The position numbers were made by a program, and so were the translations under genes. Below the pieces are notes generated by a model. It worked only from the letters and a program-made list of their open reading frames with translations. It was not told where the DNA came from and did not search any database. Positions 9,601 through 19,962 of a stretch of DNA of 64,000 nt are shown here, one piece after another (the stretch's first letter is position 1; each line of letters opens with the position of its first letter). The stretch comes from an uncultured virus (IMG/VR IMGVR_UViG_3300011991_000001) (lineage: Duplodnaviria > Heunggongvirae > Uroviricota > Caudoviricetes): the IMG/VR virus record IMGVR_UViG_3300011991_000001. One strand, 5' to 3'.

Positions 9601-12600
9601 CTGCAATGGACAATATCGGTAAAACAGGCCAGGGTAAGGAATTTCTTCAAACCCTAACTGATGAATTAGAGAGACTTAAAACTTTAAAAACAAATGCAGA
9701 TAACCTATCAGCAATGGTTAACACTTCAAATAAAGAAATAGTACAAAATTCGATAGAGGGACTTGATAAGCTATCTGAACAGCAGAGGACTACATTTACT
9801 GATATACAAGGTAAAATGACATTTACAAATGCAGACCAATATAAAAACAATTTGAATGCAGTCAAAGATATTCTATTAAAATGGGACGGCAAAAATATTG
9901 ATGACTTAAATGCTAGTCTAAATAAGGTAGATTCTTCTTTGCCACCAATTGTAAATAAAATCGGAATTGCAAAAAATGCTACAGATGGATTTGCTTTGTC
10001 TGTTTCAAATCTTCAAAAAACAATGGCAACATCTGCAACAAAAATAGCTGATGCTAAAGGTGCTTTAGATGAATTTGATAAAACAGGGTCTTTTAATGTT
10101 GATACTCTTATAAAACTTGGCGAGAAACATCAAGAATTAATTCCTATTTTGGGCAATGAAAAAGCTACTCATCAAGCATTAATTGATATTATTGCAACAG
10201 AAGAAGAAGCGTCTAGGCAGGCATACGCTCAAATGCTTATGGGTAGCGAAGATTTTTATACCGCAAAGGTTCTCGGAAATGCTCAAACTATGGATGCTTT
10301 ATCTAAATTATACAATGGTGATTTAACTCAATATAAATCATTAGCTGAAGCAAAGTCTAAAGTAGACCAAGAATTAATAATGCATCTAGCATCATTATGG
10401 GGTAATTACTACAGGGCTGGAAAATTGGTAGCAAAACCTCTTGATGGAGGTAGAACCGTTGTTGGTGCAGATGGGAAAGAGCAATTTATTACTCCTGAGA
10501 TGAAGGCTCAATATGCAGGTCTAAAAGAATATTCAGATCAAATGACTGCATTAGAAACTGCTATGAACGGAATTGCTTTAAAAGGTACATCTGGGATTGA
10601 TTTTTCCAAAATAGGGATGACTGCTAGTAATACAGCTCAAGCAACAGCAGATGCTAAAAAGTCCAAAGCAGATAAAGCTCTCGCTGATAAAGAAGCAAAG
10701 GCTAAAGCATCAGCAGACAAAAAAGCACTAGCCGATGCACAAAAACAAGCTGATGCAGTAGCAAAAGCACAAGAAAAAGTAGCAATAGCAACAAAAAGAT
10801 TAAATGATGCTAAAACAATTTCTCAAAAAGAATCTGCTCTAGATGCTCTTAATGTAGCTAATGCAAATCTTGAAGCAGTTAATAAAGCAGGAGCAACAGC
10901 AGAATCAATTGCACAAGCTAGAACGGCAGCAATAAATGCAGACGCATCAAAAGCATCAACTAATGCCATAGCAGAAATAGCTAGAGTACAAAAAGCAACT
11001 TCAGATGCAATCATTGCAGGTTATCAAAAACAAATTGATGCTATTAATACTAAAGTAGCAACTGAAACCAGAGCGACACAACAATTGCAATATCAAAACG
11101 ACCTCATCAAACAGCAAAATGATTTAACAAATGCTCAAAATCAAAAGAATGTTCGTATATTTCAAGATGGCAAATGGCAATGGCAAGCAGACCAAACAGC
11201 AGTTCAATCTGCAAGAGATACCATGAGCACAACTCAAAAGGAATCTACTAAATTCAATGCTGATAATGCAATAGCTGATCTTGTAACTGCTCTAAATCTT
11301 TCTATTAAAACAGAACAAGATGCACAAGCTCTGAGAGAAAAATCAGCTTCAGCATCAATGAGTGGTTATGCTTCAGGAACTAGCTATGCCAGATCAGGGG
11401 TTAAGAAAATCAATGAAGAAGGCATAGAAATAATCGTCGGTAACAAAGCAGAGTTCCAAGGTGGAGAACAAGTTATAAATGCTAGTGATACTAGTAAAAT
11501 ATTAAATGGAAGTGCAAATCCAGTAATTGCTCCATTAAATAATATGGCACAATCAGTTTCATCTAATGCAAATTTAGTAACTGCACCATTAAATGCTTTA
11601 TTATTTGAGGTTAATGCCAGTGTACAAAAATTTGTTGATGCTACCCCTAAATATGCTCGCGATAGCGATAACAATATAGGTAAATCAATAACAGATAATG
11701 ACATATTAATTAAAAGACCACTTGATATGTTAATAGCTGATATAACAAATTCTATACAACATTTTGTAGATATATCACCTCAATTTGGGAAAGATATTGA
11801 TAAAAATATTGGTGATTCTGTAACAGCAAATAATGCATTATTAATAACTCCAATTACTATTTTAGTTGATGCTGTCAGAACTGGTATTAATAAATTTGTA
11901 GCAGAATCTTATAATAGTGGTACTGGAATAGTTGATGAGTTAGGCAAAGGTGTAACTGATTCTACTGCTAATATTGTAGACATTGTGAAAACTCTTACTG
12001 ATAAAGTAGTAGAACAATTTCAAACATCATTCGGAATCCATTCACCTTCAGTAGTAATGTATAAAATTGGTGAATTTTTAATGCAAGGACTTACAAATGG
12101 TATCTCATCTAGTGACGTTAATTCATTTATTCAAAGTAAATTCACAGAAATGGCAACATCAGGTAAAAGTGCTATTGGTGGAGCAGTAAGTGGAAATGTG
12201 CAGGATTGGATTGCAGAGGCAATAAAGGCAACTGGAATTGACCCTAGTAATGCAGGAGCACTTGAACAAATGGCTATGCATGAAAGTAGTGGAGATCCAG
12301 GTGCTATTAATAATTGGGATAGTAATGCAATGACAGGTCATCCATCTCAAGGGTTGATGCAGACAATACCAAGTACATTCAATGCTTATAAAATGGAAGG
12401 TCATGGAGACATATTGAATCCAATTGACAATGCAATTGCAGCTATCAATTACATGATTGCAAGGTATGGGAGTGTAAATAATGTCCCTGGAGTTAAAGCA
12501 TTAACAAGAGGTAAAAATTATGTAGGTTATGCTAGTGGTACTGAATACGTTCCTAAAGATGGGGTTTACAGAATCAATGAAGACAACAAAAGTGAAATTG

Positions 12601-12860
12601 TAACACTACCACAAGGAGCAGGGGTAATAAAAAATAGTCTTACTAAAAATCTTATGGATTGGGGAAAGTTTAATCCAAACAATTTTTTGAAGAGTATTTT
12701 ACCTACTTTTAAAATGCCTGAATTGAAATTTAATAATCAAAATCAAACAGCTCAAAAATCAGATACATATATAACTGTACAAAATGTTGAATTGCCAAAT
12801 GTATCAGATTCAGAAGGATTCATTAATTCTATTATGCAGTTGGGACATGTAACAGCATAG
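6633..12860 (+). CDS. tail tape measure protein with C-terminal lytic transglycosylase (SLT) domain
   Basis: ~2075 aa helical protein, TP901-type TMP core, FGIHSPS motif, HESSG...GLMQ...AINY SLT motifs, GYASGT repeats; ORF open from 6621. Confidence 0.92.
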   Translation: MSSMIQINVQAILDKSSEAMILSSINAIRSKINGDPIILKVTTDSSALNSLTSKIRTLTNSVEKPIKLNIDSSAMNKTTDSFKIFDIAGQKVEKLIGTTRQYTDALGQTVTVAEKFKTVMNGTGTGFEKITSTPIITYGNNLEATRIKAEKLILTQDKLRASMANLGSMPISAKPLAQNAESLVTGLNVGSSPAELEKAKLAVLSLVNAHKELLAVQRLEGDQTQAISQATAKYNQLFAEIRAGATSVKLTEEQMTLLQQKLNAISVNPRALTQLTEIDSLMASMRSESNIQFVTDRNLENTRLENAELQKQIALFVERNALAVRNLQAQFGSTAQTPSVQQSLGAINASTSGLSTSATTMAELRTQTTAINTQLSTVRTGLSETVSASNTLGNSILGNLGKMLMWGMAATAIYAPLRMMQSAVTYVNDLDNALNQIRIVTGQSQPEVQKLAESYNALGKAMSVSTVDVANTSVDLYRQGLQGPEVEERMQAIVKYSKISAISMADSNKIITATMNATGESAQKVIDTFSYLGDATASGADEIGVAMQKVASMNDGIGVSMQKAASWVAEISSKTREGASQIGTSLKSIESRYSSIKEKGFNSEDATNMNQVVQALTKAGVVATTADGQLRNFGEVVDDLGGKFGGLDAKTQNYVMTTLGGTYQMNRLRALMNGYADSVDLYNKSLDQTGIANQKFDIWTESTGAKVERLTSTVQGFFSAIASSNVIKGMIDSLTYLISSFGNLQTILSVVGTVLLAWKGTAILSFFQTLPLKIQTAIMNLQLFKDISIANTMVASGEITALQGLSLSFNSLGIAIKSAFLSNPLGWIAIGVTSAVMAMDMYNQKQEEAAQKSKESADAFKQQQTEITSLIATYKQNAELAKTDDNAKIQLIETEKKLKDIFGESANALNLQSGSIDDNIKKIRELGDEKQKDFIRENSLKAQQGQDGLNKKQFLMGSDVSGVISDYADKSVVQAKGEYNVQEEINAIRSAMDNIGKTGQGKEFLQTLTDELERLKTLKTNADNLSAMVNTSNKEIVQNSIEGLDKLSEQQRTTFTDIQGKMTFTNADQYKNNLNAVKDILLKWDGKNIDDLNASLNKVDSSLPPIVNKIGIAKNATDGFALSVSNLQKTMATSATKIADAKGALDEFDKTGSFNVDTLIKLGEKHQELIPILGNEKATHQALIDIIATEEEASRQAYAQMLMGSEDFYTAKVLGNAQTMDALSKLYNGDLTQYKSLAEAKSKVDQELIMHLASLWGNYYRAGKLVAKPLDGGRTVVGADGKEQFITPEMKAQYAGLKEYSDQMTALETAMNGIALKGTSGIDFSKIGMTASNTAQATADAKKSKADKALADKEAKAKASADKKALADAQKQADAVAKAQEKVAIATKRLNDAKTISQKESALDALNVANANLEAVNKAGATAESIAQARTAAINADASKASTNAIAEIARVQKATSDAIIAGYQKQIDAINTKVATETRATQQLQYQNDLIKQQNDLTNAQNQKNVRIFQDGKWQWQADQTAVQSARDTMSTTQKESTKFNADNAIADLVTALNLSIKTEQDAQALREKSASASMSGYASGTSYARSGVKKINEEGIEIIVGNKAEFQGGEQVINASDTSKILNGSANPVIAPLNNMAQSVSSNANLVTAPLNALLFEVNASVQKFVDATPKYARDSDNNIGKSITDNDILIKRPLDMLIADITNSIQHFVDISPQFGKDIDKNIGDSVTANNALLITPITILVDAVRTGINKFVAESYNSGTGIVDELGKGVTDSTANIVDIVKTLTDKVVEQFQTSFGIHSPSVVMYKIGEFLMQGLTNGISSSDVNSFIQSKFTEMATSGKSAIGGAVSGNVQDWIAEAIKATGIDPSNAGALEQMAMHESSGDPGAINNWDSNAMTGHPSQGLMQTIPSTFNAYKMEGHGDILNPIDNAIAAINYMIARYGSVNNVPGVKALTRGKNYVGYASGTEYVPKDGVYRINEDNKSEIVTLPQGAGVIKNSLTKNLMDWGKFNPNNFLKSILPTFKMPELKFNNQNQTAQKSDTYITVQNVELPNVSDSEGFINSIMQLGHVTA

Positions 12861-12924
12861 ATAATAGATGGGTAATTTATCTTTAAGATAGTATGCCCAT
12901 CTATAATATAAGGTGGTGAAATAA

Positions 12925-14259
12925 TTGCAAACTATATATCAACCTAGCGGAATGAGTCCTTATAACGTCTGCCAAGATTTATCCCTTCCCTGCTTGTTTT
13001 CAGCACAAATAAATGGAATTAGCGTGGATGCATATAATTTAGTGATAAAAGACCTTGATAATTTAGTCCTTTATAATTCAGGCTCTTCTATATCTATTCC
13101 AAATTCAGACATAGGTATCACATATTCTGGCACATGGACAACCGCAACAAATAAAATCATAGATGATACAAATCAACTCATTCAATACTACGGTAACGGA
13201 TGGGCTACATTAACGTCTACTACTATTGGTTATTATAATGGTTCTATACATAACTCATCTACTGCAAATGATTATTCACAACTTACATTCACAGGCACTG
13301 GCATAGAATGTTTTTTCACTGAAGGAATAGATAAAGGAATATTTCAGGTATATATAGATGGAGTAGATAAAGGTACTGTTGATACATATACATCAATTGG
13401 TGTTGATGCAACCGGAAATATTTTTAAAGTTAAAGCATATTCTGTTTCTAATTTAAGTTATGGAAGCCATACAATAAAAATTTTAGTGCTTGGTACTAAA
13501 AATAGCTCTTCAGCAAATACCAGAATTGAAATTGATTATGTAAATATATTAAATACTAATGGCTCTAAAAATTGTAGTAGTGCAGGATCGTATGTTCAAT
13601 ATACATTTACAAGTAATGGAATAGATGTTTATATGGATATGACACCAGATTCTGGCACAGTGCAAATTCTAATTGATGGTATAGATCAAGGAACAATTGA
13701 TTTATATTCTCCTACTTATAATATGAGTTACTTAGCATATTCAAATACTAATTTAACATATGCTAGCCATATTATTAAAATTATGGTTACTGGGAACAAA
13801 AATGCTCAATCTAGTAACTCATTTGTTTATTTTGAAAGTTTAAAAACAACAAATAAAACAAACTTAACAACGATGCTTTATGACAAGCAATTGTTCAGTT
13901 TTACGTTGCCTGCGAATACTATTGTACAAAAAGGAGCAATGAAGTGGCAGTTGACCATTTGGAACTCAGTAAGTAATGGAGAGAACGTGTCATCAGGTGA
14001 AATGATCTTCACCAATGAGAGCACACCTACTGCTACCTTAAATGCACCAGCTACAATTACAGGTAAATCATTTACATTTGCTTCTGCTTATGCACAGGCA
14101 GAAAATATACCAATAAAGAAATATAATTATAGTTTATATGCTATAAATTACACTGTAGACGAGGGATATTTTGGGCAACCTGTTACTGGTACTGTTGTTG
14201 ATGAGGGTAACTTTGGTGCAGTTAATAATGGATTAGCAATAGATGAAGGAATATATTAA
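12925..14259 (+). CDS. tail/baseplate protein with carbohydrate-binding jelly-roll domains
   Basis: Follows TMP; two FTG.GI...G...V.IDG...GT.D.Y...HTIKI.V.G.KN repeats; C-terminal DEG repeats. Confidence 0.75.
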   Translation: MQTIYQPSGMSPYNVCQDLSLPCLFSAQINGISVDAYNLVIKDLDNLVLYNSGSSISIPNSDIGITYSGTWTTATNKIIDDTNQLIQYYGNGWATLTSTTIGYYNGSIHNSSTANDYSQLTFTGTGIECFFTEGIDKGIFQVYIDGVDKGTVDTYTSIGVDATGNIFKVKAYSVSNLSYGSHTIKILVLGTKNSSSANTRIEIDYVNILNTNGSKNCSSAGSYVQYTFTSNGIDVYMDMTPDSGTVQILIDGIDQGTIDLYSPTYNMSYLAYSNTNLTYASHIIKIMVTGNKNAQSSNSFVYFESLKTTNKTNLTTMLYDKQLFSFTLPANTIVQKGAMKWQLTIWNSVSNGENVSSGEMIFTNESTPTATLNAPATITGKSFTFASAYAQAENIPIKKYNYSLYAINYTVDEGYFGQPVTGTVVDEGNFGAVNNGLAIDEGIY

Positions 14260-14280
14260 TTACAAAGGAGGTTAAATATA

Positions 14281-14925
14281 TTGGCTATTCAAGTGGATCT
14301 TATGAAGCACTATCGTGGTATTAGAAGTTCAATTCCTGTCCTTTCAGATGGACAGATAGCTATTGTGGAAGACGAAGGTAGGCTTGTCATTGGGACAGTA
14401 AATTCAAATGTCGATGTACCTAATCAACTCGATTTAGCAATTATAACTACTTCTGTAAATGGTGCAATAAATACAGCCAATACAGCAACAACTAATATTG
14501 CACAAGCACTCACAACTGCTAATCTAGCTAAATCTACAGCAGATGGCGCTATGGTTCAAGTGGCAAATATTATAACAAGTAATGGAACTGGCAAAGACAC
14601 AGAACTTGTTGATGTTAGAACAGATTCATCTAGTGTTGTATGGACTAGTGCAGGAGATCATGTAAGAAATTTAGATAAAATTGGTGTTATTTTAAAAACT
14701 ATTCAGGTTTTTACTGCAACTGTAAATAACACATCGATAATTCCAATTGATCCATCAATTCTTAGTCAAGTAGATATTACAAAAATTGCAATAGATGTTT
14801 ATGATTTAGGACAATTAATAAATAATCCAGAGCATTATACAATTAATAATACTGATAAGACAATTGTCCTGAATGGTTGGACTTTAGCTACAGGAGAAGT
14901 CCTTAAATACAGAGTTTATAAGTAG
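14281..14925 (+). CDS. tail fiber-like protein with Mtd/hyaluronidase-type N-terminus
   Basis: RG....PVLSDGQIAIVED..RL.IG N-terminal motif; ELVDVR...SAGDHVR motif. Confidence 0.65.
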   Translation: MAIQVDLMKHYRGIRSSIPVLSDGQIAIVEDEGRLVIGTVNSNVDVPNQLDLAIITTSVNGAINTANTATTNIAQALTTANLAKSTADGAMVQVANIITSNGTGKDTELVDVRTDSSSVVWTSAGDHVRNLDKIGVILKTIQVFTATVNNTSIIPIDPSILSQVDITKIAIDVYDLGQLINNPEHYTINNTDKTIVLNGWTLATGEVLKYRVYK

Positions 14926-14939
14926 GGTGGTGATATAAA

Positions 14940-15638
14940 ATGCAAACTACTCAAACATTAATTTCAAGTTCTGGAGACATATATTCTTCTTACTTAAGCT
15001 ATCTTGTAGATGGATTAAATAATACAAATGGTTATTTAATTGATTTATCAATTGAAACGCAAAATCCTAATGGTGGATTAGGGATGATCTTAGACAAGCA
15101 AGTGACATTCAATGTATCCTACCCATCTTTAAAAGTATTAAATAAACCACTAATTACTGAAATATTGGATAAATCAGCAGTTCAAATAAATTGGGCTAAT
15201 ATATGTACGAATCCAGGAACATTATCTGGTGTGTCTAGTTATATAAACAATTTTATTAATTATAGTAATACAGCATTATCATTAAACATCGGAACAACTT
15301 TAAATTATTCCACATCAGTTATTCCATCGAAATCAACATGTTCATTTATGATTAAAATTCCTAAAACGTTTGACGGAATCATTCGAACAACAAATGATGG
15401 TAAATATCAAATTGGTTATAATCTTAGTCAAAATAAATTCTATACAATAATTAATAGTATTACAAATTATAGTGAATTAATTGTAATTACAGAAAATCCA
15501 TTCTATATAACTTGTCTTCCAAGTAAAGCAATAATCAGACAATATAATATATATAATCAAGTAAAAAATGTAGCTGATTTAAATGTCTCTGATATATATA
15601 ATATGCCTGTTGCTTTTATGATACAAATTAATAACTAA
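14940..15638 (+). CDS. tail/baseplate protein (middle part of probable ancestral large tail protein)
   Basis: Beta-rich, FN3-like DGL.N...Y.I.L.IETQ segment; tail module. Confidence 0.6.
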   Translation: MQTTQTLISSSGDIYSSYLSYLVDGLNNTNGYLIDLSIETQNPNGGLGMILDKQVTFNVSYPSLKVLNKPLITEILDKSAVQINWANICTNPGTLSGVSSYINNFINYSNTALSLNIGTTLNYSTSVIPSKSTCSFMIKIPKTFDGIIRTTNDGKYQIGYNLSQNKFYTIINSITNYSELIVITENPFYITCLPSKAIIRQYNIYNQVKNVADLNVSDIYNMPVAFMIQINN

Positions 15639-15667
15639 ATAACTTATAAAGGAGGTCACACCATTTT

Positions 15668-16108
15668 ATGAGAACTACGGATAATGGAATACAAATACCA
15701 GACATAGCAAATCCTGCAAGTACAGATAGTTTTGCTTCAATAGTAGGAGCAGTAATAGCTAATGCAAATGCTTCTGATTCTATGTTTACAACAAAAGGCA
15801 TTTTAGATAAAATTCAAAGTGATTTTACACAAGGATGGTGGAAATCTACTGATGGATTTACAATAGCATGGGGATATCCAACAGGGGTAGCTGTAGTTAC
15901 AGCAGGAGTACCTGTAACTGGACATATTGATTTCCCAACAAGTTTCCCCCATGTTTGTTTAAAAGTAATTGGAAGTGATGCAGGTGGTGCAGGAATGTCT
16001 TTTGGTTTTTATAATATTACAAATTCTGGATGCACATGGTGTACGGCTGAAGGTCTTGGGCAAGCTGGAAAATGGTATGCGCCTAGTTATATAGCATTTG
16101 GATGGTGA
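15668..16108 (+). CDS. tail fiber protein with gp53-like C-terminal domain
   Basis: GWWK..DGFTIAWG...FPTSFP...YIAFGW pattern. Confidence 0.7.
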   Translation: MRTTDNGIQIPDIANPASTDSFASIVGAVIANANASDSMFTTKGILDKIQSDFTQGWWKSTDGFTIAWGYPTGVAVVTAGVPVTGHIDFPTSFPHVCLKVIGSDAGGAGMSFGFYNITNSGCTWCTAEGLGQAGKWYAPSYIAFGW

Positions 16109-16114
16109 TGAATT

Positions 16115-17041
16115 GTGTCCAACAATAATGGATTTTTAATTGGTAGCAGTACGATCATTTCTGAAAATTCTGTTGTGAGCCTACATAATATGACTTATAC
16201 TGGTTTTACTTTTAATGGTAATTGCACATTAGATTCAATAGCAGTTCAAAACTATGAAAAGACAGATCAACAAGTTTTAGATACGAGTGTAAGCACATTA
16301 CCTTCTTGGACTCCAGATATGAAATTCTTAGCAAGTTTTAATAATACTTTAGATGGCAGTAATGTATTTGGAATGGTAGATAGCCCTGTGAGTTGGTCAT
16401 TATATAGACGAATTTATCAAGGCGATGTGCTTACTTTAGTTGCTACTGTAGATACTGGTGTGACGAGTTGGATTGATTATAAATGTGAAGGTAATCAGAC
16501 ATATGAATATTTATTGTTTGCCAATTCTGCTACTCAAATAAGTGAACCAATAGTGACTAATAAAATAAAAACAACGTTTTATGGGTATTTCCTTATAGGG
16601 TCGGATGCTGATTCTACGGATGTTGATATCAACTCTAATGTAGAAACATATAAATTTGACATTGATGCAACAAGTGAAAAAGTAACAATTAATAATAGTT
16701 TAACTCAACTTCAGAATTATACTAAATTTGATTCTTATGTCATAGGAGATAGAAACTTTAGGTCTGGTAGCATTGCCTCAAAAATTATTCCTACAATAGA
16801 AGGGACATATGACTTCGAGGGAATTCAGAGGTGGAATAATTTTTTAGAAAGTTTAGGTGCATTCTTGCACGATAAAAAATATAAATACCTCAAGCTAAAA
16901 AATGGACAATTAATTCGCGTGATTACAGAGGGTTCAGGCAGCACATTTGATTATAAACTTAATGATGAAATTTCAGTAGGTAAAGATAGTCAATCCCTAA
17001 TAGATGTTACTATCCCTTGGAACGAGGTTAAAGAAGTATAG
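16115..17041 (+). CDS. tail/baseplate protein (distal-tail-like)
   Basis: SLYRR...WIDY...YEY, K.K.LK..NG, C-terminal W.EV motif; tail module. Confidence 0.6.
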   Translation: MSNNNGFLIGSSTIISENSVVSLHNMTYTGFTFNGNCTLDSIAVQNYEKTDQQVLDTSVSTLPSWTPDMKFLASFNNTLDGSNVFGMVDSPVSWSLYRRIYQGDVLTLVATVDTGVTSWIDYKCEGNQTYEYLLFANSATQISEPIVTNKIKTTFYGYFLIGSDADSTDVDINSNVETYKFDIDATSEKVTINNSLTQLQNYTKFDSYVIGDRNFRSGSIASKIIPTIEGTYDFEGIQRWNNFLESLGAFLHDKKYKYLKLKNGQLIRVITEGSGSTFDYKLNDEISVGKDSQSLIDVTIPWNEVKEV

Positions 17042-17071
17042 AAATACATAATAGCAAGAAGGTGATATTAT

Positions 17072-18235
17072 TTGGCAACTCAAATGAATTTTCAACAATA
17101 CCTTGATCTTATTTCCTCAGGTATAATTCTACCACTATGTCGCCTTGAGTTCCTAAGAAATGAAGATGAGTCTGTACAATCATCAATCATTAAACTTCCT
17201 TTAGATTCCTCATCATTAACATGTGATATTACAAATGGAACTAGGAGGAGTTTATCTTTAGTATTAGACAACAGCAATAAAGATTTTCTTCCTTCAATAG
17301 AATCCTTATGGATAGGGTTTAAATTCCAATTGTACTTAGGATATAAAGATGGTCAAAATAGAGAAATCTGGTTCCCCCAAGGTGTTTTTTGCGTTTTTAA
17401 TTCAGATCCTTCAATATCCAGCAATTTTAGTGATAAACAAGTCACTTTAGCTTGCCAAGATAAATGGAGTCTACTTAATATACCTATTGGGCATATTTAT
17501 GTAATCCCCTCTGGTTCTTCTATAGTTTCAGCTATAAGAAGCATCTTAGAACTAGTAGGAGATAAAAAAGCTCCTATACTACAGGACTTATCTGATATGC
17601 CTCCATTTGATCTTAGATGGGGAGAAAGTTCAACCTATGGAGATGTTTTAAAAAGTCTTGCAAATCTTTATAGTAGAGAATGCTATTATGATGTAACAGG
17701 ACATTTTGTATTTAAAGAGTTTGACGATGCTAGTTCAGTGGAAACTATATACGCATTTTCTACAGACCAAGTAGCATATATGGGTTCTAATAGGATTCTA
17801 AAATACTCACAAGTCTTCAACAGGGTCTACGTTACGGGTGCGAATATGGCGAGTGGAATAACTTATACAGGTGAATATGTTAACGATGATTTAACTTCAA
17901 ACACACGAGTTCAATTAATTGGTAATAAACCTATGCCTGTGATTAACGACTCTAAAATAACTTCAAATGAATTATGCAATCAGAGAGCAAAAATGGAGGG
18001 TATTAAAGCAAAACGGGTACAAGAAAATATATCAATCAACTGTATAACATTACTTCATTTAGAAGTAAATAAAGCTATTACTATATCAGATGATAGTATT
18101 GGATGCTATGTAAAAAAATATGTGATTCAACAATTTCAGCTAAGTTTAAATGCTAAGTCTCCAATGACAATAACTGGATTCTTATTCTCTGACTCATCTG
18201 ACTTTGCAGACAGAATGAGTATGTCTACAATGTAA
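17072..18235 (+). CDS. baseplate hub/tail protein (DUF5048-like)
   Basis: RRSLSL, WFPQGVF, DKWSLL, YYDVTG.F motifs. Confidence 0.7.
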   Translation: MATQMNFQQYLDLISSGIILPLCRLEFLRNEDESVQSSIIKLPLDSSSLTCDITNGTRRSLSLVLDNSNKDFLPSIESLWIGFKFQLYLGYKDGQNREIWFPQGVFCVFNSDPSISSNFSDKQVTLACQDKWSLLNIPIGHIYVIPSGSSIVSAIRSILELVGDKKAPILQDLSDMPPFDLRWGESSTYGDVLKSLANLYSRECYYDVTGHFVFKEFDDASSVETIYAFSTDQVAYMGSNRILKYSQVFNRVYVTGANMASGITYTGEYVNDDLTSNTRVQLIGNKPMPVINDSKITSNELCNQRAKMEGIKAKRVQENISINCITLLHLEVNKAITISDDSIGCYVKKYVIQQFQLSLNAKSPMTITGFLFSDSSDFADRMSMSTM

Positions 18236-18253
18236 AGAAGGTGAAAAAAGAAA

Positions 18254-19507
18254 ATGGCAACTAAAATTACAATGGCACAATCAAAACAAATTTTAAATTT
18301 TAAACAACAAAATCAATTCATGGAAGAAATAAAAAAGTGGATTAAACAGGCAATTGATAACCAAGATACGGCAAAGCATTATTACGGTACAATTACTAAA
18401 GTCTATAATGATGCTTACGCTGATGTATTAATAAACTACGGGAAAAGTACTTCAGTATTAACTCATTTATCAAATAAATCTGGGGTAGTTCTACAAATTA
18501 ATGATGTGGTATTACTAACTGCACCATTTGGTGATATTTCAGATATTTATATAGATAAAAACTCTAATAAAAATGTTCTAGTAAACATGGAACATGCAGT
18601 AGGTATATTAACACTTGGTGGTAATGCAAATACATCAGGTTTACTTCGTATTATGGATAACTCTGAAGATAGAGTAGCTATGGAAATTGGAGGATATTCA
18701 ATTGATTTCTATGACTTCCTGCAAACTGGGCTACAAATAGGAACTGTAGCCACTGATAGAAATATTGATATAAATGGCAATAAAACAGGAAGTCCTACTT
18801 TATCTATGATCGCAGAACAAGGCTGTTCAGCTATTTTAGGGTTAAGGGATATCGGAAGTTCAACTTTTATTCAGGGATTAGAAATAAATAATAATGCTCA
18901 CGGATCAGTTCAAAATTGCAATATAAATTTACCTCTTAATATATATCCTACTGGAATATCAAGTGTCGGTTTAGAGGTTACACCAACTGGTACAAATATA
19001 TATGGTAATAGTAATTTTGAAAATGGAAATGTAACTGCAATTGGTACATTAGATTGCACTAATTTAAGCGTTACTGGAACTAAAAACTGTATACAGTCTA
19101 CTAAAAATTTTGGAGATAGATTATTTTATTCCTATGAATTAGGAGATAGCCTATTAGGGGATATAGGTTATGGGAAAATTAATAACGGAGAATGCGTAAT
19201 TGCAATTAATCCAATTATTAAAGAAAGTTTAAATGTTGATAATTCATATATTGTTAAATTTTATCCAGATGAAAATTGTGATTATAAGATTACAAAAGAA
19301 TCTAATTATTTTGTAATAACGGCTTCAAAAAATATTGAGTTTGGATGGGAATTAACGGGCAGAAGAAGAGGATATGAAAATGATAGGCTAGAATATGCAA
19401 ATGGAATTAAAAATTCTTTATTGCAACCTAATGAACGAAATATATTATTAGATAATTTGGGTAATGAGAACACAGACTTATTAAACAAGTCATTATTTCA
19501 ATTGTAA
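18254..19507 (+). CDS. tail spike/central fiber protein with C-terminal chaperone-like domain
   Basis: N-terminal OB-like segment; L.VTGTKNC...T.NFG.R...YE...DIG.G...F.WEL.GRR.GYE..RLE motif. Confidence 0.7.
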   Translation: MATKITMAQSKQILNFKQQNQFMEEIKKWIKQAIDNQDTAKHYYGTITKVYNDAYADVLINYGKSTSVLTHLSNKSGVVLQINDVVLLTAPFGDISDIYIDKNSNKNVLVNMEHAVGILTLGGNANTSGLLRIMDNSEDRVAMEIGGYSIDFYDFLQTGLQIGTVATDRNIDINGNKTGSPTLSMIAEQGCSAILGLRDIGSSTFIQGLEINNNAHGSVQNCNINLPLNIYPTGISSVGLEVTPTGTNIYGNSNFENGNVTAIGTLDCTNLSVTGTKNCIQSTKNFGDRLFYSYELGDSLLGDIGYGKINNGECVIAINPIIKESLNVDNSYIVKFYPDENCDYKITKESNYFVITASKNIEFGWELTGRRRGYENDRLEYANGIKNSLLQPNERNILLDNLGNENTDLLNKSLFQL

Positions 19508-19524
19508 AAAGGAGGAATTAATTA

Positions 19525-19947
19525 ATGAATCAAGTTATAGGATATAACTCAATAATTAGAAATAATAGTGCTACTATTACATATGCATATAATTCCATTG
19601 ATACAACAGGAGTAATTACAAAAGCAAACATTCAAGAAAGTTTTATATTGTTGCCTAGTGATGAGGCGTTAATTTCTGCTAACAACATAATTCTAACTGC
19701 CATTTCTCTGCGACTTAACCCTATTGTTCCTATTTTAACTGGGACAATAACTATTAAATATTTAGACCAAGATAATATTGCTCTTGAATCTGAATTGCCA
19801 CTTACAAATTTACCATTGGGAAATTATTATTATAACGCTAAATCCTTTAGTGGTTATTCTCTTGTAGGAAATGCAATTCAAAATGTTTTGCTGAGTGCTG
19901 ATAATCTAGACCAAGTAATTACATTTTCCTACATGAATATGGTATAA
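19525..19947 (+). CDS. structural protein with MucBP-like domain
   Basis: GTITIKYLD...G.Y...AK...GY.L.G...ITF.Y. Confidence 0.6.
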   Translation: MNQVIGYNSIIRNNSATITYAYNSIDTTGVITKANIQESFILLPSDEALISANNIILTAISLRLNPIVPILTGTITIKYLDQDNIALESELPLTNLPLGNYYYNAKSFSGYSLVGNAIQNVLLSADNLDQVITFSYMNMV

Positions 19948-19962
19948 ATAATTTATAAGGAA

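Noticed and set aside
7406..12404. Minus-strand ORFs within the tape measure gene, and similar shadow ORFs opposite other long genes
   Set aside because: Antisense shadows of real genes, with no SD or recognisable motifs.
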